A DNA stretch of 64,000 nucleotides from Camelus ferus (taxonomy: Eukaryota): NCBI RefSeq assembly GCF_009834535.1, contig NC_045697.1:6388001-6452000 (forward strand). Direction: 5' to 3'. Positions within the stretch are counted from its first letter, which is position 1. Each line of letters opens with the position of its first letter. The position numbers and the translations under genes were made by a program. This document shows, one piece after another, positions 1 through 11,850 of this stretch. The notes below the pieces were generated by a model that made no database searches, was not told the origin of the DNA, and saw nothing but the letters and a program-made list of their open reading frames with translations.

Positions 1-3000
1 AGAGAGAAAGAAAGCAGAGGAGGAAAAGAAAGAGGACAAGAGGGAGGAAGGGAAAAAAGAGGGGGAGGGAAGAAAATAACTTACTTGCCTGGTATAACCT
101 GCTACCAACTCTTTCACCGTAACACCTTATATATTAATCGTAAGAAATTCTCAAATCATGTGACGAGATAACTGAAGAATCATCCAAACCAAGATTCCAT
201 TTGTGCACTTTAAGTTTTCTAGCACCTTTCCCAGCTTCCAAGATTCCTGAAAAATCACAGGAGGCAGTTTTGCCATTTTCTCTTCGAGTCCTCTTAAAAC
301 TTGGAGGTGCCATTCCTCCTAGAACTGAAGCCCTGAAATCTGACAGACTGGATGATAAGATCATATACCTTAGCAAGAAGTGGAAAGCATTCTGCTGGAG
401 GAGAAGTCCAGAGAATGAACCAAGCCTGCTCTGGTGACTAAGGAATGCAGAGCACTCCTGCAGGTACTTCTGCAAAACCATCTCAGTGGGTATTCTGGAT
501 TAAGAATCCACAGAAGCAAGTGCCAGTATGAGGACCGAGGCTGTGATTCACAAATACAGCTTGATGGGGAGGAAAGACACCTAGGCCATGACCCAGGGAG
601 GTCACCTGTTTGAAAGCACTGTCTTGGCTTCTAAACCATTTGCACAATAATGCAACATTTCTAACATTTCTACATTGGTACTTCCCCTCTGTCCAGGTGA
701 CAAAGATGGCAGGCTTCTTTAAACCAAGCAAAGTTCTCTGGCCACTGCAACTTGTGTAGCTAGTCACGGAGGGAAATGACCTCCGATGGCGCACCCTGAG
801 ACAGAGGTAAACGGACGCCGTGGCAGGGGAAAGCGCAGACGGCTCTGCCATTAGCATTTACACCTGGACACTCCTGAGGCTGTTCCGAGCACACCTGAGT
901 CACGGGTGCCCAAGCCCCCGTTCCCTCCTTGCGACTTTCTCTACCTCGTTCATATTCAGGTACAACCACCTGTGAAGCCGGATCCTCTTGGCAGATTATT
1001 GCCCAGTAGGCTGATGACCAAGGATTATATAAAACACTGTAGATGAAGGCCCTGTGTGCACCAAACGCTGAGAGGGCACAAATCAATCACTATTAAAATC
1101 CCTATCAATGAAATGTCTGCCTACCTTCTAAACTCACAACACTGGTTACAAAACCGGTGCCTTTGACCTCCTTGGACTAGAAACACATTTTTTTGGATAA
1201 CTTAGGAAGGTTCTCAAAAACACAGAAAATACCTAGCATTATTAACTTTGGATATAATAAATAAAATAGCTACTTAATGTTGTTTTTAAATAGGAACAGT
1301 GAGCTTTTTAATGCAGAATTATCCACAGCATCAGACAAAGACAACTTCCACACACCAGAGAGGAGGGGCCAGGTGTGTGACAAACATACTTCCTCTAGAC
1401 GGAGTCTCATCTTTTCCCGGGGGAAAAGCCTGAGGGCAGCGTCCGCTGCTGGTGGGGTTTCCTTCTGACCTTGAGCTCACTTGACCTGGTCTCTCAAAAA
1501 TTTATCATGGGGACTAACGGAGAAACATGTTGAGTTTGACAGCAATCAGTTTACTGACATTGAGGCTATAAAAGCCACGAAGGCTGTGTGAGGGTCTTAT
1601 TAAAAGGAAGCATCTGACTTCTAAATACTGGCAATGTCAAATGCTCAACAGAATTAGAACAGAAACAAGCTGCAAACAGTGTTTACAGCTAGACTCTGGA
1701 ATCAGATTACAGGGTTTCAAAGCCCAGTCCCATCCCTTTCAGGTGTCTGGCAAGGAGCAAACCGCGTGAATCCTCATCTCCAAAACAGACGGTAGGGGCA
1801 CCCACCTCACAGGGCTGTCATGGGGACTAAGTGTGACAAGGTGACTGAAGTGCGTAGGTAGGTTACACACATATCACAAACTGTTAAAAATACCGTTTTC
1901 TTTTTTTCATGAAGAAAATAGAAGAAGTGATGCCTATTCCATAAGTAGTCAAAGGGGCTAACATATAGGCTTCTTTGCTGCCTGGCATCGCCTCTTTCTG
2001 GAATATACACTGAACCTCATTTCATAATTGTAATCATAGTTGCCTAGCTGTACAGTCTAAACACAATTCACCTCTGGAACAAAACCAGCCACCTTACCTT
2101 AGAGGCAGAGGGGCCAAGGTGCTTCTAATCCCCATGGAAAAGATGCTTCAACTCCAAGAGCGCTCGTGACAACTCAGGTTTACATACACTCTAGTTACTG
2201 ACCTACCTTTTATTCTCCAAGCCCAGCTGAATTGTGAATTATCCCTGTAGCAAACGAATGTGTTCCCATGCCAGATGTTAATGTGAAAAGTCAAAAAAAA
2301 AAACAGAAAGGGGCTTGGCAATTAAGTCACATGAGTGCCACATGGCTCACCACATACATTTCTGTTCACAAGAGGCCCACCGAACTCAGTTAAGTTCTAG
2401 CTGCCCGACAGCGTCCTCTTTTGGACGGAGATGCAAACGTAGGAAGCTCTTCCAGAAACCTTTTCACGGCGGCTTCTATCACCTCCACGGCTGGGGCAGG
2501 AATGGCTGCTCTCCCTGAGGAGCACAGGGAACGGAGCGGGCAGCTTTGCAGCTCGAACTCTGACTCTGTCCCTTATTTGCTGCGTCCTTACACATAGGAG
2601 TTCTCCCCACTTACTGTCAGGCAAGGAAAGAGGCTTTAATACCATTAACTTAAAGGGTAATTAGGAGAAGCAAACTAGAATAATGTATGCAAAGCCCTCA
2701 GCCCAGTGGCACATGTGCTCCCAAACTGTATCAGCTCCTCTGGTCTATTTAGCCATAGCAAAGACTAGTCTAACATCTCCCAATAACGAAAAATTTAAAA
2801 CACTCAACTCCCAGGTGACCAGTAGCTTGTAACCGAGTAATACCCGATCAGAGGGAAAAAAAAAAAAATCCAACGTTAGGAATGTAAACTGCCAATACTT
2901 CCCCAGTAAGCTAGTATTTAAGAACAAACTGCTGCCTGACTCAGCCAAGAACTTTTTCAGACAATTGCGAAGAATCAGAATTGCCACTGAGTGGTAAATA

Positions 3001-4073
3001 GATCTAAACAATGAAAAACATCAATGAAGTATTATTTTCTTCTTGTGAATCTACCTTGCAGTCAGCCATGACTGAACTGAAAATTGACAGCCATCTTAAT
3101 GGCTAAAAACACTTCCAAATGTTGCTGATGAACATTTGGACATCTTTGGGACTCTAGCTTTCCTTCTGAAACTAAGTGTATTATTTGGGGCACAGACTGG
3201 GGTAAGAAGGCTGGACAAGACAGCCCCTGTTCTGACTCCTCTGCTTTCCAGGTGACAAGTGCAGCGGAGCGGAAAGCGTAATCACCTTGGGGTATCAGGA
3301 ACGAGGTTCAAAACCTGGGTTTCTGACTTAACACCTGTGTCATTCTGGGCTTGCTAGCTCCTCTCTGAGCCTGAGTTTCCTCACTTGTAAAATGGGAATA
3401 ATGCCTGATTTACATGGCCGGTGTGGGGAGATGGTACATGCAAATAGCAGGTAACCTTATGCTTGGCAAACTGCGTGTTTTGTCAGGAAATAAGTCAATG
3501 TATTCCTGTTTAAGATTTCTTCAAATGTACAAGAGCCCAGTAATCTCAGCTTCACAAACGAGCTGAGTGAGAACAAGGCCTCAGGCTGAGTTCCATGGCT
3601 GGGGAAGGGGGTCATCCCGCCCCACCCTTCAGGCTACCAAGGAGAGATCCTGGGATGGCTGGGCACTGTGGAGCACACTGCTGAGCACATGAATTGAGGC
3701 TACACTGGAAAACAAAGGACTTTATACAGTTTTTTTTAAAAACAGTTTAAGAGACAACATTTCTAAAGACTGTATGACTAGTGCTAGAGCCTTTAAAGTC
3801 TAAAAGTTACGGTTCTATACGAGGAAAAAGTGTTGAGGCAAATATGCTCGTTTGCATTAAAAAGGGTAAAAATAAAGCAGCGCTACAAGCATGACACTCT
3901 GTGTCATTAAACACTCCCAGTGACTCCAGGTCTCCAAAGATGATAAAGGAGGAGGCCAAATACATTTCTGTACTCCCCTCCTTTTTGCCTTAAAATCAGA
4001 ATTTTGTAGAAGAAATGGAGTGAAAGTTTAATAGAAAGTATAATTATACAAAGGAGAATTATCTCCCACTAAA

Positions 4074-4313
4074 CCAGTGATTCTTAACCTTGGCTGCATT
4101 AGGGTAATCAACCTATCACAATATAACCAGCATGTTAAGCTTACATAAAGAGGTCCCTAGGATGTCTGGTCACCCTGCCACACACCAGATTCACCAGGGG
4201 AGCTGTACAAATAATCATGTCTGGGCCTCACTGTGTGCTGGGGGAGGCTTTGGGTGTTTTAAAAGCTTCCCAGGTGGGTCTAGTGTTCAGCCAAGGTTGT
4301 GACCAACCACCAG
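4074..4313. mobile_element. MER5A-like hAT MITE with an ~80-bp internal interruption
   Basis: Ends cagtgattcttaaccttggctgca and cccaggtg..cagccaaggttg resemble MER5A termini. Confidence 0.6.
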
Positions 4314-4823
4314 ACACTAGAGGTGCAGAGGAGCACACAGGGAATGACAGTAGTATCAACGCCCCCGTGCCACGGGCGCCTGGAGGTGGGGCAAGGCCCA
4401 TGCCATGAACTGCAATGGTAAGACCAGGCAGGTAGACTCTGGGTCCTACCCTTGTTTATTAGCCATCTGACCTTGGAAACAACATCACTGATGCGCTCCA
4501 GAGTGTAAGTACAGGAACCACTTTTTAGTCTTAGAAACGTAAATGTGCCCGGCAGGGTGAGTACAATGAGCGTGACCCAGGACTGCTGACCCCGGCACCT
4601 GCCAAAGGCTGGTTTTCTCAGTCTTGCTTGTTTACAGAGTAGTAAAAGGAGCCGGAAAGAAATGGTTTCAGTAAAGTGGTGAACGCTGCACTAGTGACCT
4701 GATCAGGATGCTGTCAGTGGCTGGCTGAGTTGTCAATCCTGGAGCACCCTGGCCCAAGTCAGGTGGAAGGAGGTAGACTTCATACATTACCTCCATCACT
4801 CCTCAAAGTACACCTTCACTTAC

Positions 4824-5230
4824 CTGCTTCTTGTAAGATCTGGAGAAACTGTGGCTTTTCTACGGTTATGGAGTTGGTCAGCTGGCGTCTAGTCTAAGTT
4901 CTGTGTATTCTGCTACCCTGCTGTGACACTGTGCACTGAAGTCACAGCCGTCGGCTGCCACTCGGGCACTGTTCTGACTTCCTGCCTGGAGCCACCGAGC
5001 TGCTGATGTGAGTCAAACGCATGGTGAGTCCCACGGGCTCTTCCTTCTCTGTCGGGCCTCTTCCCAGGCACCGAGTCCCATCCGGTCTCAACATCAGGCC
5101 CTGGCACAGGGTTCCAAGCTCAGAACCCTGAGAGGCAGCGAGGCACGGCAGAGGGCCCTGCAGCAGAAGCCAGACACTGGGGGTTGAGTCCTGGGCCTGT
5201 ATAGCCTTGCTTTCTCCAGGTACTTTTCTT
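4824..5230 (-). other. ZNF518B: Candidate non-coding exon 2 of probable ZNF518B (acceptor uncertain: 5230 or 5127)
   Basis: Perfect donor CAG|GTAAGT at 4823/4824; two plausible acceptors, ttattccccttattttccag and ctcgctgcctctcag. Confidence 0.4.
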
Positions 5231-7635
5231 CTGGAAAATAAGGGGAATAAGCCCCCCAAAGCCTTTATTAAGTGAAGGAGTCTAAAATGAAAAAAAAAAA
5301 AGGCTTCCCTGGACTCAGGTGAAGGAATGAGTTAGACTGTCCTTTTCCTGGGGTGGGCTCAGGCATGTGGTTTCAAACTCCTCCCAGGTTATTCTGATGC
5401 CTCCCCACTCCCCACCCTATGATAAGCATGTCTGCATCAAATGGTCTCCAGCCACTTCTGCTCCAAGGATGGATCCTGGAAACTGCAGCTGGCTGAGTTT
5501 GTGTATGTGAACAAAGAAAATGCAGTCTACGCCAAGCAGCTTGAGAACAATCAAGGCAGAGGAAACCTCACTGGTGAGGACCTCGTTTATCGCGGTCAAC
5601 AGCACAGGGCTTGGTCACAGAAGGCACTCTACACGTAGGGGCTGAATGGATGAGTCAATGAACGAAAGAAATGTCAGCCTTTGTGGTGACAATAGTAACA
5701 ACGTTTTGTTTTCCCCCTTACTCCTAAACTGGCCCAGATCCTCTTACTTTAAAACAAACCAACCAAGAGAGATAGATGTTTGTTTGTTTTTTTTTTTTCA
5801 ATTGCTATTACTGGATTTTAAAAATCTACATTAGTTTGGCATGACACATCAGGGAGGAGGCCCAATAAATAAAATAACGTCCTCCTTTGTCTGTTTTCAG
5901 AATGCATCTGCAATGAACGTTTATCAGCACAATAGAACTGGATACATACAGAAGTGTTATTTTTCAAGGCCGTTAGATCCAAGATTTAAAAAAAAACCAA
6001 CCAAAATAAGGCATCCTCGGTTAAAGATTACATCAATACAATTCAAAAAAGCCAAACATTTGTATTCTACCTGAACAGATGATATGATATTACAATGATG
6101 GTTTTTAAACAACGATTTGCTGGGCCAGTATTGCCTGCTGTGTACACACATCGTGGGCTGGAATGAACCTCACACACCAGATTCAGGTACAGACAAAGAA
6201 TACATTCCTGTTCTGTTTCTCTGCTTTTCTACAGGCTCCTGGAGACCTTGGTTTTCTCTCTCTCCTGGTGACTTCAATTCTAAACTTAAGGGACACAGTT
6301 CAAGGGTTCTAACACATTATAGCTTAGCTGTGTAGACGTTTATTTTTAAGCAGGACAGAGGGCTCATCATTTCATTTTTTATTTTTTAACGCTGGCTTGG
6401 TAAATCGTTCATCATTCCAGTTTTTAAAATCAAGGATATTTTAACGGGATACACTCAAAGCACACAGAGGAACTTACGTGTTCATCCTCTCCTTGGCTTT
6501 CCCTTTCCGATTAAGGCATTTTCATTCTTTTGCACCCTGCGTTGTTTCCTGGCCTTAAACTGCCCAACGACCCCAACGCAACCAGAGAAAAGGGCAGCTG
6601 GGACGGGGGAGCTCCCACAAAGAGTGACATCAGCATTCAGAATGAGTCAAACCTTCATCATCGGCCCTCCCCTTAGCCCCTCTCCAGCAAAAAGATGCAC
6701 AGGTCCTCGACGGACAAGCCCATCCCTGGGCACCTGCCCCAAAACTCCCAAGGAAAGACAATGCCAGTCCGGTTTTCAAGTTTATTGTTGGCACACTCAC
6801 ACCGACGGGACACAGTTTCCAAGGCGAGTCCACATCTCACAGAGCGGCGGCTAGAAGGGGAGGCGCGGGGACAATGGGGTTACATCCTTGTCTCCCGGGG
6901 GACGTCCGGGCCCCTCCAGGGGTCGCAGAGCTCTCGTCTAACTACTGAAAACCCAACACGTCAACGCTTACCTCCGAGGCCCGCAGGAGGCTTTAAAAAT
7001 GGCCTCCTGACGACACTTCCTGCTCGCAGCCGACCGGTAGGAACTCTCCCGGGAGCTGCATCATTTAAAACGCCGGGGGCGGGCGGAGGAGGCCGGGCCC
7101 GGCGGCTCCACTCCAGTCGCCCCGCAGCCCGACCGCCGCCGCCGAGGGTCGCGACCCAGAGCGTTCGGGGCGCGTGTGAGGGTCGCGGTGGCTGCACAAA
7201 GGCAGGCGGGCGGGCAGGCGGGCGGGCGGGCCGGGGGGCGCCGGACTCGCAGCCCCCGCCACCCCTGGCCCCGGGCTCTGCGCTTCCCGCCCCGCCCGCC
7301 CCGCCCGGCCCCGCGCCCCCTCCCCCCACCCCGCCCGGCGCCCCCCGCCCTCCCCTCCCCTCCCCTCTCCCGGGGCCCGCCGCCCCTTCCCCCGCACCCA
7401 GCCCGGGGCCCGCGGCCCCGTCCCGTCTGCCCCGAGGCCTCCCGCCACGACGCCGGCCGGCGGCTCGGGCACGCGGGGCCGCGGCCCGCACCACCCGGCG
7501 CCGGCTGCCGGCCCCGGCGCGGCCTCGTCGTCCGGCTCCTGCCCCGCGCGGCCCCGCGGCACCCCTCCGCACCCCGGCCCCGCCCGCCCCGGGCACGCGG
7601 ACCCGGCGCCGTCGTCCTCCCGCTCAGCCACTCAC

Positions 7636-7770
7636 CCGGCCGGCCGGTCCGGGTCCCGGGAAGGGGCGTCTACACCGCCCGCCTCAAGCCGCCGCCACCG
7701 CCGCCGCCGCCGCCGCCGCGCCCCGCTGTAGGTCCCTACTCCGGGGCGGAGCCCGGCCGGCTCCGCGCCT
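7636..7770 (-). other. ZNF518B: Non-coding exon 1 (5' UTR) of probable ZNF518B; TSS approximate
   Basis: Consensus donor CGG|GTGAGT at 7635/7636 inside the island; no ATG on the minus strand in this interval. Confidence 0.6.
7688..7717. repeat. Interrupted GCC/CGG repeat (GCC)3ACC(GCC)6
   Basis: Read directly from sequence. Confidence 0.95.
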
Positions 7771-9792
7771 GCGCAGTGCGGCGCGGAGGCTCGGCTGCAG
7801 CGCGGCGGGCGTCCGAGGTCCCTAAGGCTGCGCCCGCCCCCGCCGGGTCTCCACGCTGCGCGGAGGCGAAAGCCCCGCCGAGCCCTGGTCTTGGACTTAG
7901 AGCTCGACCCGACGCGTCCACGTCTACTGCGTGCAGTGTCCGTGCTTAGCCCGGATGCCCGCAAGCTCCAGGAGCCTCCCCGAAGAAGAATTGACTCTGC
8001 TTCCATTGTTGGCCCAGCAGACCGGTCGTGGGCCCCAGCTGTGTGGCCGCGCTAGGTCCAAGCCGAGGGCGCCTTGGCCCTCCGCCCTCGGGGAGCTTAA
8101 AGTCCAGGAGCAGAAAAGGCGCTCAGTCTTCAGCGTCCAAATTCTTTCTTCTGAAAGCAGCAGTCAAGGAAATGGCCTTGAAGGCCAGGTTCGAATCCCG
8201 ACTCTTGCATCCTAGCTGCGGGTCCTTGGGCAAGAAAGGCCCCTGATCTCTCGGTGTCTCAAAATTTTCATTTCTGAAAGTGAGGAAGATCAGACCTGGA
8301 GCTCAGAGCCTCATTTAACACGTAGGTTGTTTCGAGGGGCAGACCAGACAGTGATTTGGGGAAAGCCTGGAGATGGAGTAAGCGAATCTAATGCCAGTGT
8401 TTTTTCCTGTTTCTCGGACTGCAGTACTGTGTAGGGGGAACCTTCTAACCTTACACAAGGAAGATATACCTCGAATAGACCCCTCTCTAAGAAAGAAGGG
8501 AACTATATTGCTAGAGTCCCTATAATCAGTGACTCGGATGCGGCTCCCCACACAATACAATTTCTCCCTATTACGAGCAGATTGTGGCAGGGGAGCAGCG
8601 TCACCGGGAATCCAAGTTTCTCCAGGAATAACAGCTAAGAGTTTATTTCAAAGCGCCGGAAGGGGCAAGGCTGCTTTCCAACACCTTCCTGTTGGAGGTC
8701 AGAGGTCGGGGCGCGTGGACATCGGCCCGGATGCAGGAAGGAGATGCGGGGCTGGGACAATTATTCAACATGGAGAAGTGAACTTCGGGAAGACAATGCC
8801 AGCTTCGGGACCAGCAGCGGGCAAGCACGCCCACCACTAAGATAGCAAGAGTTGGGCAGAGAGAATGCCATCCCAGAGAGAGACCACCATCAGCAGTTCT
8901 TCCTCCCCCCTGTTCTATGCGAGGTACTTACTCCTGATAAGGGAGCCCCCTGCTCCTGTTGTTTCCTGGGGCTCAGAGAAGCTAGTGCACCTCTTCTCAG
9001 AAAAACACATTTATGTCCAGTTCGTATCAGAGAGAATGGGGCAGAGAGTTCAAAGCCTTCCTCAGGAGTCAGGTGGGTTTGGGAAGGGCATTGAGAATCC
9101 AAACTGGTCACTGCCTGGAAGTCTCGGTGGCAAAAGAAGCCAAATCAGGAAAACCTGTTAATTCTAAGGATTAGAGATTTGTTTCCTGAAATTTATCCCA
9201 AATCGTTGCCTCTCCTTGTAACTTCCACTCATGCAGTATAGTTCTGCCCTCTTGAGTCACACAGAACTGCTGAAAGACTACCTCTGGGTTTCCTGGAAGT
9301 TTCTCTGGAGTTAGAGCTAGCAGGTTATAAATCCGACCTCACGCACACGCAGGCTGTGAGCCTGCTCCCTAGCCTGTCTGAACCTCAGTTTTCCTTGTGA
9401 AATTCAGTGAAGACTAGGACCTACCCCACAAGCCAGTTGTCAACATTGAACAAGAGAAAACAGGTCAAGGGTTAGCACAGTCCCTGACAGATTTATACTT
9501 CTCAGAAGCCCAAATTCAGGGAGATAAAATGCTTTGTGGAAGATCTGGAAATGGGGTGTTTACAGCCTGGAAAAGGGCCAAGCAGGGATAGAAACCACTC
9601 CTGTAGAAACCCTTGAAGTTGAAGTGTTGTCCCCTAAAACTCTTTTGATGCAGGAGAGTTCACCCAGAAATGTTATTTCAGGGCGGTCAGCCAGTGCACA
9701 TTTCCTACACTGACGATTGCCCTTCATGTCTTCTTCCCCACCCTCTCGCTTAGTTTGCCTAAATCCCTTCGCAGTAAACCGTGGGTCACCTC

Positions 9793-10194
9793 TGTTGTAG
9801 GCTGGACTATGTCCCCTCAAAAGATGTTAAAATTCAGTACGTGGGAATGGGAATTGACACCTGTGAATGTGACCTTATTGGAACTAGGGTCTTTGCAGAG
9901 GTAGTTAAGGTGAGATCATTAGGTGGGCCCTAATCCAACATGATTGGTGTCCTTAAGAGAAGAGATTAAGAGAAGACACAGAGACACAGGGAGAAAAGGG
10001 CTAGGTGAAGACAAGCCAAAATTTGGGTTATGCCGCCACAAGCCAAGGAATGCCTCAGGCTACCAGAAGCTGAAAAGAAGCAAGGATCCTCCCCTATAGA
10101 TTTCAGAGGGAGCATGGCTCTGCTGATTGCTAGCCTCCAGAACTGTGATACTATAAATGTCTATTTGTTACAGCAGCCCTAAGCACTTAATACA
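9793..10194 (+). mobile_element. MaLR solo LTR (MLT1B/C-like)
   Basis: TG...CA ends, gtgaatgtgaccttatt, gccacaagccaaggaatgcc, gcctccagaactgtga; 5-bp TSD-like acctc/agctc. Confidence 0.85.
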
Positions 10195-11279
10195 AGCTCC
10201 CAGATATGACTGGTTAACAGACAGGAGAGAGGACGGAAGACACTGTGACCAAGACCAGTCACTGAGTGTAAGGGCTGGGAGCTGACGGTTATTCCTTTAC
10301 TTACTAATTCAACAAACATTTGTTGAGGGCCTATTTAGTGCAGGCGCAGGCTGGGTCTGAGGTTAGAGAGAGGAACCAGATGAGGCTCTGCTCTCAGGGA
10401 GCATTCACTTTGTTGAGGGCTGTAGATCTCAAGCAATTAATGGAATATTTAATTAATATTAGGGAGTGCTAGAGGCCAAGGGGAAAATAAAACTGGGTAG
10501 GGTGATGTGGAAGGGACTGCAAAGCAAGAGACAGGATGAGCTGAAAGGCTCAATGAAGGGGACTGAAACTGAGCTCTCAGCCATGAGTAGGACCCAGCAC
10601 AGGAACATGGAAAAGAGCTTTCTTTACACAGAGAGGAGGGCAGAGACCCTGAAACGGGCACAGGTTGTGCACGAATGAGGAAGAAGGAAGGGCAGCGTAG
10701 ATTTAGGTCATCCTAGGAGGTCACACTTAAAAACTGTGTGACTTTAGGGAGCCATTTACTCGGATTCTGCCAGTGAAGACCCTGTGGTTCAGAGGAAGGT
10801 CTTGACCCTACTTTGCCTTGGAAGACGGCTTGGTCTCTAACAGCCAGATTGGCAACCTCATGCTAGTGTTTGGGGGATGGAGGGTGGCGAGAGGGAGAGA
10901 CGGAGAGGGGGCGAGGACAAAGACATGTAAATCCCGGGCATGTAAAGGCCATGCATAAACAGTAGACCCAAGGAAGCGGCTGGTTTGTTTGTTTTTGAAC
11001 ACTTTGAAATATTTCAAGAATGCGTAGTAACTTTGAGCCTTAGTCTGCTCATCTGTGAAAGAGACACGAAGGCCTCCTTGCCCAAGGTCCCAAGCCCAGA
11101 TACTCAAATTCAGTTTTCCTTCCAGTCCTGAGGCGCGGGAGGTGGAGGCGGCAGAGTCGAATCCTGGTCCCATTACTCATCTGTACCGGCTGTGTGGCCC
11201 TGGGCAAATTATGCCGGTCTCTGAGACGCTTTTCTCATTGGTGCAAAAAGAGTAACTGGGGCAACGTTTTGTGGAGGTG

Positions 11280-11850
11280 GTAGGGGCGGAGGAGGGCGCC
11301 TGAGGTTAGGCTCAGGCTCCAGCCACCCCTTGCCTCCCTGCGGCGCTGCCTCCTTCTCCCGCGCCCTGCTTGGTCGCGTCCAGACCGGCAGGACAGCCCG
11401 CTGGGTCCAGCCCGCTGGGTCCAGCCGGCAGCCGCGAGCAGCGCACCGGGCATGCGCGGCCGGTAGAGCCACGGGAGGCCGCCTGGACCTCGCCCCGGCC
11501 CCGCCCGCGCCCGCCGAGCGCTGCAGTACCGCCGGCGGCCTGTGGCGTCGTTGCGCGGACGGGCCGTCCCGGCTCCGCGCGTGTAGAGCTCTATCTACCC
11601 CGCGCCAGCGCACCTGCGGCCCCGCGCTCTCCAAGCCGTCGGGGATGCAGCCCTGTCCCCTGCTCCCACCCCCGAGCCGGCGGCCAGCCCTCCCTCCGAC
11701 CCACCTCCGGCGAGAATCGCGTTGTGCCGCTTTGCTTTTGCTTCTCTTATGCCTTGGGAGCGGGACCGTGGGAGGCTGGACTTGCCCCGTTGGCGAATTC
11801 ACGGAGGGCTCAGTGTAGCGTTGGGCTCTGGCCTTAGGGGAAACCCTCCG
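11280..11850. promoter_or_regulatory. Second CpG island about 4 kb upstream of the main promoter
   Basis: Dense CpG, GC box GGGGCGGA near 11283, GCATGCGC at 11450-11457; CpG-rich shoulder continues to about 12540. Confidence 0.7.

Larger units (their letters stand above)
6850..8090. promoter_or_regulatory. ZNF518B: CpG island promoter of a minus-strand gene, probably ZNF518B
   Basis: Very GC- and CpG-rich; GC box GGGGCGGA at 7743-7750; NRF1-type GCGCCTGCGCA at 7765-7775. Identity is from synteny with CLNK only. Confidence 0.75.

Noticed and set aside
6695..8006. Long overlapping ORFs (376, 257, 211 and 188 aa) in the main CpG island
   Set aside because: Low-complexity Pro/Ala/Gly/Arg translations on both strands; stop-codon depletion in GC-rich DNA explains them; no domain recognised.
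8165..8290. GGTTCGAATCCC tRNA-like B-box
   Set aside because: Context (ccttgggcaag..tctc..tttcatttctgaaagtgagg) is a MIR SINE remnant; no cloverleaf.
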